From an uncultured bacterium (GTDB lineage Bacteria; Krumholzibacteriota; Krumholzibacteriia; Krumholzibacteriales; Krumholzibacteriaceae), in the NCBI GenBank assembly GCA_963786935.1, contig CAWBAN010000004.1, positions 1 through 64,000 of the forward strand: a DNA stretch of 64,000 bases, written 5' to 3'. Below, one piece after another: positions 38,594 to 49,242 of the stretch (position 1 is its first letter; each line of letters begins with the position of its first letter). Below the pieces are notes generated by a model that saw only the letters and a program-made list of their open reading frames with translations, was not told where the DNA came from and searched no databases. Both the position numbers and the translations under genes were made by a program.

Positions 38594-41578
38594 ATGAAAT
38601 CAATCAAATCAAGCATGTGGCGGCCGGCCTGGATTCCCGTTCTGGCCGCGATTCTGTTTCTTGCCCGCCCGGCGGGCGCCGCCGAGCTGAACATTCGTTA
38701 CCGCACCATTCAGACGAAATACCTTCGCCTCGCCTACTACGACCCGAACCACGAGTACGTCGTTCGGCACCTCGCGCGCTGCTACGAGAACTCGATGGCC
38801 TTTCACCGGCGCATCTTCCGCTACGAGCCGAGCGGGCCGGTGACGATTCACTTCCAGGACTTCGACGACTACGGCTACGCCGGCACGACGACGATCCCCT
38901 TCAACTACATCACGCTCGGCATCGAGCCGTTCGAGTACATCTACGACACGTGCCCGACGAACGAGCGGATGAACTGGGTCACGAGCCACGAGCTCGTGCA
39001 CGTCGTCGCCTCGGATCAGGCGACGCGCGGCGACCGGTTCTACCGCTCGCTCTTCATGGGCAAGGTCTCGCCGAGCGACGAGGATCCGGTGTCCGTATTC
39101 TACAGCTACCTCACGAACCCGCGCCGGTACGCGCCGCGTTGGTACCACGAGGGGATCGCCGTCTTCTTCGAGACGTGGATGGCGGGGGGCATCGGCCGCT
39201 GCCTCACCGGGTGGGACGAGATGGTCTTCCGCACGATGGTCCGCGACTCGAGCTACTTCTACGAGTACGTCGGCCTCCAGTCCGAGGGAACGGCGATCGA
39301 TTTCCAGGTGGGGCAGGTCGCCTACCTGTACGGGACGAGATTCGATCTTTACCTCGCGCTCAAGTACGGCCCCGATAAGCTCGTCGACTGGGTGCGCCGC
39401 GAGGACGGAAGCGAGCGTCATTTCGCCTCGCAGTTCAGGAAGGTGTACGGCACGTCGCTCGACGACGAATGGTCGAAATGGATCGATTTCGAGCGCGAGT
39501 GGGATCAGGCGAACCTCGATTCGATCCGGCGCTACCCCGTCACGTCGTCGCGGGCGCTGTCGGTGCGGCCCCTCGGCTCGGTGTCGCGCGAGTTCTACGA
39601 TCCCGCGGCGGGGAAGCTCTACGCGGCGGTGAACTATCCGGGGGAGTTCTCGCACATCGCGGCGATCGACGTCGCCACGGGGAAAATCGACAAGCTGTGC
39701 GAGATCTCGACGCCTTCTCTCTACTACGTCTGCTCGCTCGCGTACGACGATTCGAGCAAGACGCTCTTCTACACGACGAACAACAGCAGGGGCTACCGCA
39801 ACCTCGAGTGCTACTCCATCCCGACGGGGGAGAAGCGGCGCCTCATCCAGTACAGCCGCACCGGCGACCTCGCCTTCAACCGCGCCGACAAGACGCTCTG
39901 GGGCATCCAGCACCACAACGGATACTCATCCCTCGTGCGGATCCCGCCCCCCTATGCGAACGGCGACGTGATTCCGCTCCTCCCGTACGGAAAGGATCTC
40001 TTCGACATCGATATCTCGCCCGACGGGAAGCACGTGATCGGCACGCTCGCGAGCATCAACGGCGCGCAGCAGCTCATCCGCATGCCGGTCGACAGCCTCC
40101 TCGCCGGCGATTACGAGTACGATATCCTCTGGGAGTTCGAGAAGAACCCCGCGATGAATTTCGTCTATTCGCCCGACGGCCGGTACCTCTACGGGGCGTC
40201 GTACCTCACGGGCGTCTCGAACGTCTTCCGCTACGATCAGGTCGAGAAGAAGATGGAGGCGCTCAGCAACACGGAAACGGGATACTTCAGGCCGATCCCC
40301 GTGCCGGGCGATTCGGTGATCGTCTTCTCGTACACCGGCAAGGGATTCGTCCCCGTGATGATCCCCGACCGGCCGATCGAGGACGTGAAGGAGATCTCAT
40401 ACCTCGGGCAGGCGGTCCTCGAGAAGAACAGGGAGCTCGAGGGTTGGACGCTCGGCTCGCCGCTCGGCGTCAATCTCGACTCCCTCATCACGGGCACGCC
40501 GGACTACCACGCCGCGCGCAGCATGCGCTTCACGACGGCATATCCGATCGTCGATTGCTACAAGACCACCGCCGCGGTCGGCATGAAGGCCAACTTCATG
40601 GATCCGCTGTGGCAGAACTCGGTCGACATGTCGCTCTCCTATTCGCCCGTGAACGATATCCCCTCCGAGGAGCGGCTCCATTTCAAATTCCAGTACGAGA
40701 ACTGGCGGTGGAACGTGCGCGGGGCTTACAACCGCGCCGATTTCTACGACTTCTTCGGGCCCACGAAGACGAGCCGCAAGGGATACGGGGTCGGCGTCCA
40801 GTTCAAGGGATACCCGTTCTCGGACGGGCCGCGCTCGCTCGAGTACACGATCAGCGCGGCGCATTACGGCGGCCTCGAGAAGATGCCGCTCTACCAGAAC
40901 ATCGACGTCTCGTACGACAACTTCTACACGGCGGGGGCGTCCGTGCGGTACAAGAACGTCCGCGGCACGATCGGCGCGATCGAGGCCGAAAAGGGCGTCA
41001 TCTGGAGCCTCAACGCGGACAACAGCATCGTGCTTTCGGAGCTCTACCCGCAGTTCTACGGGACCCTCGACGGCGGCATTCTCCTTCCCCTCGACCATTC
41101 GTCCCTCTGGCTCCGGACGGCGGCCGGCTTCTCCTTCGGAGACGCCGAGGAGTCGTTCGCGAACTTCTATTTCGGCGGATTCGGGAACAACTGGATCGAT
41201 CACGCGGCGACGGTGAACCGCTACCGCGAGTATTACGCCTTCCCCGGCGCCGAGCTGAACGCGATCGGCGGGACCAACTTCGGGAAGGCCCTCCTCGAGT
41301 GGACGCTCCCGCCGCTCCGCTTCAAGCGGATCGGGCTGCCGTCCCTCTACGCGAACTGGGCGCGGCTCGCGCTCTTCACGTCGGCCATCGGCACGGGGCT
41401 CGACGTCGACGACGAGAAATGGGAGCGCAAGCTCATGAACGTCGGGGCGCAGCTGAACCTCAAGGTCGTCATCTTTTCTTCGCTTGAATCGACCTTCTCG
41501 GTCGGGTACGCTCGCGCGATGGAAGAGGGCTTCGAATCCACCGACGAGCTCATGGTGTCGCTCAAGATTCTGCGATAG
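38594..41578 (+). CDS. Outer-membrane protein: gluzincin-like metallopeptidase + TolB/WD40-like propeller + predicted C-terminal beta-barrel (Omp85-like)
   Basis: Signal peptide; SHELVH...PRWYHEGIA; DISPDGK and YSPDGRYLY propeller motifs; alternating aromatic beta-strands and FYFGGFGNN...Y.FPG in the C-terminal third. Confidence 0.7.
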   Translation: MKSIKSSMWRPAWIPVLAAILFLARPAGAAELNIRYRTIQTKYLRLAYYDPNHEYVVRHLARCYENSMAFHRRIFRYEPSGPVTIHFQDFDDYGYAGTTTIPFNYITLGIEPFEYIYDTCPTNERMNWVTSHELVHVVASDQATRGDRFYRSLFMGKVSPSDEDPVSVFYSYLTNPRRYAPRWYHEGIAVFFETWMAGGIGRCLTGWDEMVFRTMVRDSSYFYEYVGLQSEGTAIDFQVGQVAYLYGTRFDLYLALKYGPDKLVDWVRREDGSERHFASQFRKVYGTSLDDEWSKWIDFEREWDQANLDSIRRYPVTSSRALSVRPLGSVSREFYDPAAGKLYAAVNYPGEFSHIAAIDVATGKIDKLCEISTPSLYYVCSLAYDDSSKTLFYTTNNSRGYRNLECYSIPTGEKRRLIQYSRTGDLAFNRADKTLWGIQHHNGYSSLVRIPPPYANGDVIPLLPYGKDLFDIDISPDGKHVIGTLASINGAQQLIRMPVDSLLAGDYEYDILWEFEKNPAMNFVYSPDGRYLYGASYLTGVSNVFRYDQVEKKMEALSNTETGYFRPIPVPGDSVIVFSYTGKGFVPVMIPDRPIEDVKEISYLGQAVLEKNRELEGWTLGSPLGVNLDSLITGTPDYHAARSMRFTTAYPIVDCYKTTAAVGMKANFMDPLWQNSVDMSLSYSPVNDIPSEERLHFKFQYENWRWNVRGAYNRADFYDFFGPTKTSRKGYGVGVQFKGYPFSDGPRSLEYTISAAHYGGLEKMPLYQNIDVSYDNFYTAGASVRYKNVRGTIGAIEAEKGVIWSLNADNSIVLSELYPQFYGTLDGGILLPLDHSSLWLRTAAGFSFGDAEESFANFYFGGFGNNWIDHAATVNRYREYYAFPGAELNAIGGTNFGKALLEWTLPPLRFKRIGLPSLYANWARLALFTSAIGTGLDVDDEKWERKLMNVGAQLNLKVVIFSSLESTFSVGYARAMEEGFESTDELMVSLKILR

Positions 41579-41601
41579 GAGAGGGTGCACGGACGGCAGC
41601 C

Positions 41602-42649
41602 ATGCTTGAAACCGCCATCCGATACGGCGTGAGCGTGCTCCCCGTCGTCGTCTTTCTCGTCTTCCTCGTGTTCCTCGACAGCTACAAGCTCATCCGGTTC
41701 CGCGCGGTGTTCCTCGCCGTCGCCGCGGGGATCGCCGCGGCGATCGTGAGCCTGATCGCCGGAACGTTCGTGCTCGAGCGTCTTTCCGTCTCCACCGGGG
41801 AATACGGAGCTCGAGGCCGCGCGCGCCTTCGACTTGTACGCCCGCTACATCGCTCCGCCGATCGAGGAGGCGCTCAAGCTCGCGCTCGTGGCATATCTCA
41901 TTCGCGCGAAGCGGATCGGCTTCATGGTCGACGCGGCGATCTGCGGATTCGCCGTCGGCGCGGGATTCGCCATTCTCGAGAACGTCTTCTTCCTCAACCG
42001 GATCGCGACGCCGAACGTGCTCCTCTGGATCATCAGGGGATTCGGGACCGCCGTGATGCACGGCGGGACGACGGCGCTCGCCGGGATCATCGCGATCGAT
42101 CTCATCGAGCGCCGTGCCGCCTCCGGCCTGCTCGCGCTCCTTCCCGGCTTCGCGCTCGCGACGCTCATCCACTCGGCGTACAACCACTTCTTCCTCGAGC
42201 CCGTCTACTCGGCGCTCTGCGTCGTCGTGGCGCTCCCGCTCTTCATGACGATCGTGTTCCGCAGGAGCGAGCGGAGCCTGCGAGGCTGGCTCGGCGTCGG
42301 GTTCGATTCCGACGCGCAGCTTCTCGAGATGATCGAGACCGGATGCGTCTCCGAGACCCGCATCGGGCATTATCTTCTCTCGCTCAAGGCGCGCTTTCCC
42401 GGGGAGGCGGTCGCCGACATGCTCTGCCTCGTGCGGCTCCACGTCGAGCTCGCGCTCAAGGCGAAGGGTATTCTTCTCATGCGCGAGGCGGGATTCGAGG
42501 TCAAGCCGGACGCCGAGACGAAGGAGAAGTTCGAGGAGATGCGCTACCTCGAGAAGAGCATCGGGCGGACGGGCCTCCTCGCGATGGAGCCGATTCTTCA
42601 CTGGAGCAGCCGCGATCTCTGGCAGCTGCACATGCTGGGGAAGAAATAG
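41602..42649 (+). CDS. prsW: PrsW family intramembrane glutamic protease (frameshift near 41800-41835)
   Basis: APPIEEALK, GFAVGAGFAILEN, RGFGTAVMH, IHSAYN; multiple TM helices. Confidence 0.88.
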
Positions 42650-42652
42650 ATC

Positions 42653-45600
42653 CTACCGGGGCGCGCGCTCCGAGCCGACGGCGATGAACGGCGCCCAGTA
42701 GAAGGGATGCTCGTAGCCGGGCGTCCGCATGAGCGCGAGCCGCGCCTCGTTGAGCGCCGCGGCCGCGGAGCGATCGCCGGAAATCATCGACATATAGAAA
42801 GCCCGCATGAGGAGCGACGTCGATTCGTCCGACACCGCCCAGAGGCTCGAGACGACGCAGGAGGCGCCCGCCGCGAGAAACGCGCGGCTGAGCCCGACGA
42901 CCCCTTCCCCGCGGCCGATCCGTCCGCGCCCCGATTCGCACGCGGAGAGGGTGACGACGCGGGCGTCGATGGGGAGCGAGAGAATCTCGAGCGTATGGAG
43001 CATGCCGTCCTCGCGGCCGGCGCTGTCCGGGAGGAGCGCGATGCAGGAGGCGGCGGGATTCGCGGGATCCACGATCCCGTGCGCCGCGAGATGGAGGAGC
43101 TTCGGGCGAAGCTCGATGAGATCCTTCTTGAGCGCGGCCTCGGTCGCATCGCCGCCGAGAAGGAGAAGCCGCTTCTTGAGCGGGAAGTAGGCCCCGATCC
43201 CCTCGACCTCGCCTCGCGAGTACGGGAGCCGGCGCAGCGGGGGACCGCCTGCGGGAGGCCCGCGGCGGAGGCGCCGCCGCCGAGTCGTCCGCTGCCGCGT
43301 AGGCGGGGTCGCCGGCGGCGAGGAGATCGATTGCGGCGCGCGAACGGGCGCCGCCGCCCCCGCGAAGCTTCATATAGACCGCGCCGGACGGCGCGTACGA
43401 GACGAGATGGGAATTCGCGAGGAACGGACAGTTCTTCCATTCGGTCAATTCCCCGGTCTCTCGCGCGAGGAGCGCCTCGAAGGGGATTTCGAAGAGACAG
43501 TCGTCGGGGACGATGACGAGTCGCGGGTTGCGCTCGAGAAACGGGGCCGCCGGCGCGAGAAGCGCGAGGAAGAGCTTCCGCGCGTAGCGCCGGAGCGCTT
43601 CGTCCCCGCCTCCCGGATTCGAGAGGGCGCTCGAGAGCATCGCGACGTCGTCGCGCAGGGCGCTCCTCGGCGGGAGCTCGAAGAGCTCGATCCCCTTCTT
43701 GTCAACGGCCCAGAGGAGCGAGACGCTGTCGCCCGCGGCGAAGGCGAAGAGCGCCGTCTCCTTCGGGAGGGCCTTTTGGAGCCCCTTGAGGTCCGCGGCT
43801 TCGGCGCGCTCGCCGAGCGTGCCGGCCGCCGACGACACGCGCGAATCCCTGATGTTCCGGTATCGACGCTCGAGACGGCGCTGCTCGTCGGCGTATCCCG
43901 GCGCGGCCGGATCGAGACGGTAGATCGAATCGAGCACGGCGCGCTCCGCCTCCGACTGCTCGTGAACGAGCGATCCCTCGAGCAGATCGAGAAGCCCCCG
44001 CGCCTTCGCACGCTCGATCGTCCGGAACGCCTCGTTCGTCCAGCGGGGGTCGCCCGTCTCGCGCGCCGTGCGCGCGTAGAACCGCGCGACCTCCTCCGAA
44101 TACTGCCGGCGCATTCCGCCGAGGTAGCTCGATCCGAGCTCGGCGCCTCCGATGTCCGCGCGGGTCCGTTCCATGAGATCGAACGCGCGGTCGTAGGAGA
44201 GCCGCGCGCTGTCGGCATTCTCGCGCTCGAAGGAATGGCCGACGCCGAGGTTGAGCGTGAACAGGAGATCGTCAGCGCCGGCCGCCCGGATCCGCGGCTC
44301 GAGGCCGAAATAGATGCGGCGCGCTTCCGGGCCCCTTCCGCCGAGCGCCGTCGCGTTCGCGACGCCGAGCTCGTCCTTGAGCGCGTCCAGCTCGGCGCCG
44401 TCCGCGCGGTCGCGCTCGAGAGCCCGCTCGTAATGCGCGAGCGCGGCCGCCGCGTTCCCTCTCGCCTGCTCGATCTGCGCCGCGAGGACGTGAGCCTCCC
44501 GGAAGAACGGACGGCTCCCCGAGCGCTCGGCGCGCGCAAGCGCCGAATCCGCGAGCGCGAGCCCCGGATCGAATGCCTGAAGCTCGAGGTACAGGTAACC
44601 GAGCTTCACCATGGCTTCCATCTCCTGCGCTTCCATGCTGTTCTCGCGCGCGGCGCCGAGGTAGGCGAGGAGATCGTCCCGGGCGCGGTCGAGCTCTCCC
44701 GTTTCCATGTAGATCTGGCCGCGGTTGCGGTGCAGGAGCGCGGCCTGCACGGGATCGGGATTCTTCGCGAGGAGCGATTCGACGAGGTCGAGCTCGGCGA
44801 GCGCCTCCCGATAGCGGGACTCGGCTCTCAGGTTGAGGGCGAGGTTCATGCGGCAGACGATCTCGGTCTGGGCGTTTCCGCTTTCGATCGACATCGCGAT
44901 GGCGCGGCGGTAGCTCTCGCTCGATTCCCGGATGCGCCCCATGTCGGACTGGAGGCCGGCGATGCTGGTGAGGAGCTCGAGACGCTGTTTCTGATTTCCC
45001 GCGCGCTCGACGATGACGAGCGCTTCCTCGAAGGCGTCGCGCGCGTCGGCGAGGCGCCCGAGGCGCACGTAGGCGTTTCCGAGGTACGTGTAGGACGTGC
45101 CGAGCGCGCCGACGTCGCCCGTCGCGCGACGCATCTCGATCGCTTGAAGGTAATAATCGACGGCCTCCCGGTTATTCTCGAGCATGAACGCCGCGGTGCC
45201 GAGGCCGTTCAGCGTGCGGCCGACGAGGATGTTGTGCTCGATCGCGCGGCGAGCCTCGAGCGCCGAGAGATAATATTCGCGGACGGTCCGGAAATCCCCC
45301 TTGTTGAACGCCGCGACCCCGAGGCTCCCCCACACGACCGCCTCGGAGTACCGGTCGCCGATTCGCTTGTATATCTCGAGCGAGCGCTGGAGGAGAGCGA
45401 TCGCGTCGTCGTACCGTTTTTCCCCCTGCGCGGCGGAGGCGTCCTTCTCGAGCTGCCTGGCGGATCGCCGCAGCTCGCGCTCGGCGGCCCCCCAGCCCCG
45501 GTACGACGCGGCGAGATCGAGCAGGGCGGTCGAGCCCTTCGCGTCGCGGTAGAGAGCCGCGACGCGGTCCGCGAGGGCGACGTTCTCCCGCTCGGCGTCC

Positions 45601-45863
45601 TTGTTTCCGCCGTCTCCCGCGGTCACTCCGGCGTCGAGGAGCTGAGCGACCGCCGCGCCGGCCAGCATCGAATGGGCGCCGACGTAGGCCGCGAGCGACT
45701 CCGGCGGCGCGGTCCGCGAGAGGGAGTCCGCCATCGTGATGAATTGGCCGGCAGGATCCTGCGCCTGGAGAGGAGAATGAGTCCCAAGCAGCAGTCCGGC
45801 AGCGAGCGCCGCCAAGAACGGCCGACGACCGCGGAATGTCGCTGGAGAAATAAGCGATATCAT
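42653..45863 (-). CDS. TPR + CHAT (caspase-like) domain protein with signal peptide (frameshift near 43250)
   Basis: TPR array; ERAKARGLLD, LVIVPD..L.EIPFEAL, HLAAHG, VTLSACESG, GLSRAFLAAGA..VVSSLWAVSD, HPFYWAPF. Confidence 0.9.
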
Positions 45864-45930
45864 CTCGTTGCCGACTGTATCACGAGCCGGCCCGCGATGT
45901 GAACCATGCTTTTCGGCGGCCCGGCGGCCG

Positions 45931-48900
45931 CTATCGAATCATCACGAGCTTCTTTGTCGCGCTGAAGCCGGCCGTCTCCATCTTGTAGAAATAGATCCCG
46001 CTCGCCACGCCCGCGCCGGCGCCGTTGCGGCCGTCCCACGCGACCGAGTGAATGCCGGCCTCCTTCTCTCCGTTCACGAGCGTCCGCACGAGCTGTCCCG
46101 CGACGTTGTAGATCCTGATCGAGACGAGCCCGCGGTCCTTCATGTCGTACCTGATCGTCGTCGACGGGTTGAAGGGATTCGGGTAGTTCTGCGCGAGAGT
46201 GTACGCGCGCGGTATGTCGGCCGGGGTGACGTCGATGTTCGTCCCGGCCTGCAGCCACGAGAGTGCGTCGTCGGCGACGTGGAAGCGGTCGATCGGCGCG
46301 CCCGCCGCGTCGTCGCGAATCAGCGGAAAGTCGAAGCCGAACCACATCGTTCGCACCGCGTATCCGGCCGGATTCGTTCGGGTGTTCGCGACGGCCGCGA
46401 GGTAGTTCGTGCCGCCATGCTGCGGATATGCGAGGGCGCCCAGTCCGGATCCCGCCGTCTGGAGAACGTCGAAGCTGTTGATGATGGGACAGCCGCCGTA
46501 GGCGTAGAACCGGTCGGGCAAGCCGGCGTGAATGAAGATGCCGGCAGCCGCGACGCCCGAAATGAGCGGGCTGACGACGCCGCCGGCGCTGGCCCCGCCG
46601 GTCGCTTCGAAGTAGCTCGTGTTGGCGAGATCGATGCCGCACCAGCTGCCCTGCAGCTCCATTCTGGCGGCGCTGCCGCTCTCGCTCGCCGCGTTGTCCC
46701 CGCAGATCCAGAGGCCGCACGGATGATCTGAAAGGGTCAGCCAATCCAGGAGCATCTGGCAGTCGCTGATGAATATTGATGGATCCCACGCGGGCTGCAC
46801 TTCATAAAGGCCGCCGTGCCAGATAATATTGTTGTAGCTTTGCGCGAGCTGCGCCGAAGTAACGTCCTGGCTTAGGCCCGTAGTCCAGCGGACATGATAC
46901 TGGTCGACTTTATTGGCCGGCGGGGATAGAACCGCGTCGAGCGCCGTCTGCCAATACTGAGTCGTCACGTCCGCGGGGAATTTCGGGAAATGCGCGACCA
47001 GGAGAATGTCGCTGTTCAACGTGGGTAGGCAGGTGAACTCGTAGTACGGCCCCGTGTGGAGCCTTCCGGCCCATTCGGGAAGCGTCGTGACGACGCCGGC
47101 GTTGTCTCTCGCGCTGAAGTAGTATTCTATCTGGTAGCCGCGCGTGAAAAGCTCGTCGTTGAGATCGACCATGTAGTTATCAGCTCCGTTCAGCGAGCCG
47201 TCGTCCCACCGGTTCGAGTCGCACTGTATGGTCGTCCACGTCCCGTCGTCGCCCACGTAGTTGAAGACGATGCCGGGGGCGGTCGAGCCCGCGAGAGAGG
47301 GGCCGACAAGGGGCGGCTTCAGTGGGGGCGGGCCGATATACGTGGCCTTGACGTGCAGATACACGGCGGGACCTCCGAAGGTCGGATCCGCGGCGATTCC
47401 GCCGCCGAGGAGCGACACACACACGACCGAGCTCGCATCCCCACCGGCTTCGGTCCGGACATAGCTTTCGATATCGGACTCATTCTCCGGAAAGTTGTCC
47501 TCGAAAAATGCATTTGATACTGGCGGTGTCCATCGGGGGCCGGTGGTTCTGTAGCGGTAGAGACCGACGTTGTCGATATAGGGCGACGGAGTATGTTGGG
47601 CGCAGTCGCCGTAAGTGAGATACCACCACTTGCACAAATCCACGCAGCCCATCCGGATCTGAACGGGCTCGTTGGCTCCGGCGACGATACTCACATCATA
47701 TGTTGCGTACTGGTAGTCGGTATAAGGGCCGTAGTACACATATCCGCCATTCTCGTTCCCCGCGGCATCGAGCCACGGTCCGGGACATCCGTCGCCGTAA
47801 ACCCGGCGGATCGCCCAGCTGAAGAACACGAGATTTTCGAGCGGCAAGTCTCGATACGCCGTGAATCGAAGCTGGGCTCCGCCGAGCTGCTGCAGATCCC
47901 CCGGCGGAATCGTGCCGTTTTGCACGGAGCTCTTGTTCGTCGAGTATTTCGTCAAGTCGAGTACGGGGGAGACGATCGCTTCATCCTGGCACGGATAGGA
48001 GGTGCCGCCTGCACCTGTGCAAAAGGGAGTGTCGTAGAGGCCCGGGTAGCTCGTGCTCGGATTCGGAGAGCCGATGAAGAACACGACCTGGGTTCCGAAG
48101 TTGTCGCCGCACGGATCCCGGTCCGTGAGGCTATTCTTGAGGCCCGAGTAGAGACCGAATGGGGGCGCCGGGCGGGCATGCCAGATGCCGACGTCCGTGG
48201 CGCCGACAGCGGCGCTTTCGAAGGTCTCCAGGTTGACAAAGCCGCCTCCATCCGCCACGCGAATATTATCTATAATGCAAGCGCCGTCCGTGTTATTCCC
48301 ACCGTCCTCGTCGTCCCACCCAATATCGGAGGTGAAATGAAAGCGGAGCTTCGTTCTCGCCTGCGTGCCGATAATGACGTGCTGGGCGCCGGTTTCCCCT
48401 ACGCCGGTATAGGATGCGAGCGTCTGCCAGTCGTTGCTCCCGGCGTCGTATTGAACCTCGGTGATGTCAAAGCCCTCTTCGGAATCCCACACGATATTGT
48501 ACTGGAGCGTGATGGCGCCCGAGAAGCTCATCGCGTTCGTCGTGAGGATCTGGTCCCAGTTGGTGCCGTAGCCGGGCGCCTCTTTCCAGTGACAGATGTA
48601 CGGATCGTTCGAGCTCGTCCGGGTGCCGCACCACATCGATTTCGCGCCCTCGATCGGCACGAGGCGGCCGAAGTCGCCTCCGCCCAGAGCGTAGAAATCG
48701 TCGACGTGAAAGAAGGTGTCCCGCTCGGTATAGTCGATCCGCGTCCAACCCTGCCAGCTCTTCGGCTCGAAGTCGTACCATACGATGCAGTACGAATCGA
48801 CAGCGGCGGTCTCGAGAAGGGCGCGAAGCGCGGGATCGGCGGATTCCAGAGAACTATTGTCCGATGAGAATTCCACGGGGACGAGTTTTCGCTTGAATTT

Positions 48901-48975
48901 GTCGCGGGCCAAGACCGGATTGACGGATACGATGATGACGCAGATGCAAAGCATGAGGACAAGCAGATTCTTCAT
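45931..48975 (-). CDS. Large secreted Cys-containing protein with FlgD-Ig/T9SS-type CTD
   Basis: Signal peptide; LRFHFTSD.GW.DEDG (immune-inhibitor-A/MAM-like) segment; LAQNYPNPFNP...KKLVMIR. Confidence 0.8.
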   Translation of the reverse strand: MKNLLVLMLCICVIIVSVNPVLARDKFKRKLVPVEFSSDNSSLESADPALRALLETAAVDSYCIVWYDFEPKSWQGWTRIDYTERDTFFHVDDFYALGGGDFGRLVPIEGAKSMWCGTRTSSNDPYICHWKEAPGYGTNWDQILTTNAMSFSGAITLQYNIVWDSEEGFDITEVQYDAGSNDWQTLASYTGVGETGAQHVIIGTQARTKLRFHFTSDIGWDDEDGGNNTDGACIIDNIRVADGGGFVNLETFESAAVGATDVGIWHARPAPPFGLYSGLKNSLTDRDPCGDNFGTQVVFFIGSPNPSTSYPGLYDTPFCTGAGGTSYPCQDEAIVSPVLDLTKYSTNKSSVQNGTIPPGDLQQLGGAQLRFTAYRDLPLENLVFFSWAIRRVYGDGCPGPWLDAAGNENGGYVYYGPYTDYQYATYDVSIVAGANEPVQIRMGCVDLCKWWYLTYGDCAQHTPSPYIDNVGLYRYRTTGPRWTPPVSNAFFEDNFPENESDIESYVRTEAGGDASSVVCVSLLGGGIAADPTFGGPAVYLHVKATYIGPPPLKPPLVGPSLAGSTAPGIVFNYVGDDGTWTTIQCDSNRWDDGSLNGADNYMVDLNDELFTRGYQIEYYFSARDNAGVVTTLPEWAGRLHTGPYYEFTCLPTLNSDILLVAHFPKFPADVTTQYWQTALDAVLSPPANKVDQYHVRWTTGLSQDVTSAQLAQSYNNIIWHGGLYEVQPAWDPSIFISDCQMLLDWLTLSDHPCGLWICGDNAASESGSAARMELQGSWCGIDLANTSYFEATGGASAGGVVSPLISGVAAAGIFIHAGLPDRFYAYGGCPIINSFDVLQTAGSGLGALAYPQHGGTNYLAAVANTRTNPAGYAVRTMWFGFDFPLIRDDAAGAPIDRFHVADDALSWLQAGTNIDVTPADIPRAYTLAQNYPNPFNPSTTIRYDMKDRGLVSIRIYNVAGQLVRTLVNGEKEAGIHSVAWDGRNGAGAGVASGIYFYKMETAGFSATKKLVMIR

Positions 48976-49242
48976 AGACGCGCTCCCCTCGTCTCGACGG
49001 AATGAGACATGCCGTGTCAAAATCATTCGGTCATTTTGGAGAATCCCCCCACAGGATATGCCGCAACTGAAGCCTTTTTGCGAAAAGGCTTAGTCAACTA
49101 TAGTTTACCATAACGCTGCCCTTCTTGCAATCGCTATTGTGTTGAAACTCGTTGCATTTATTCATGCTACTCTGGTAAGATGGGCTGTGGCTTATCTCGG
49201 TAATTAGATAGGGGAACCGTTTGCCATCCTCGAAGGGCCGAA

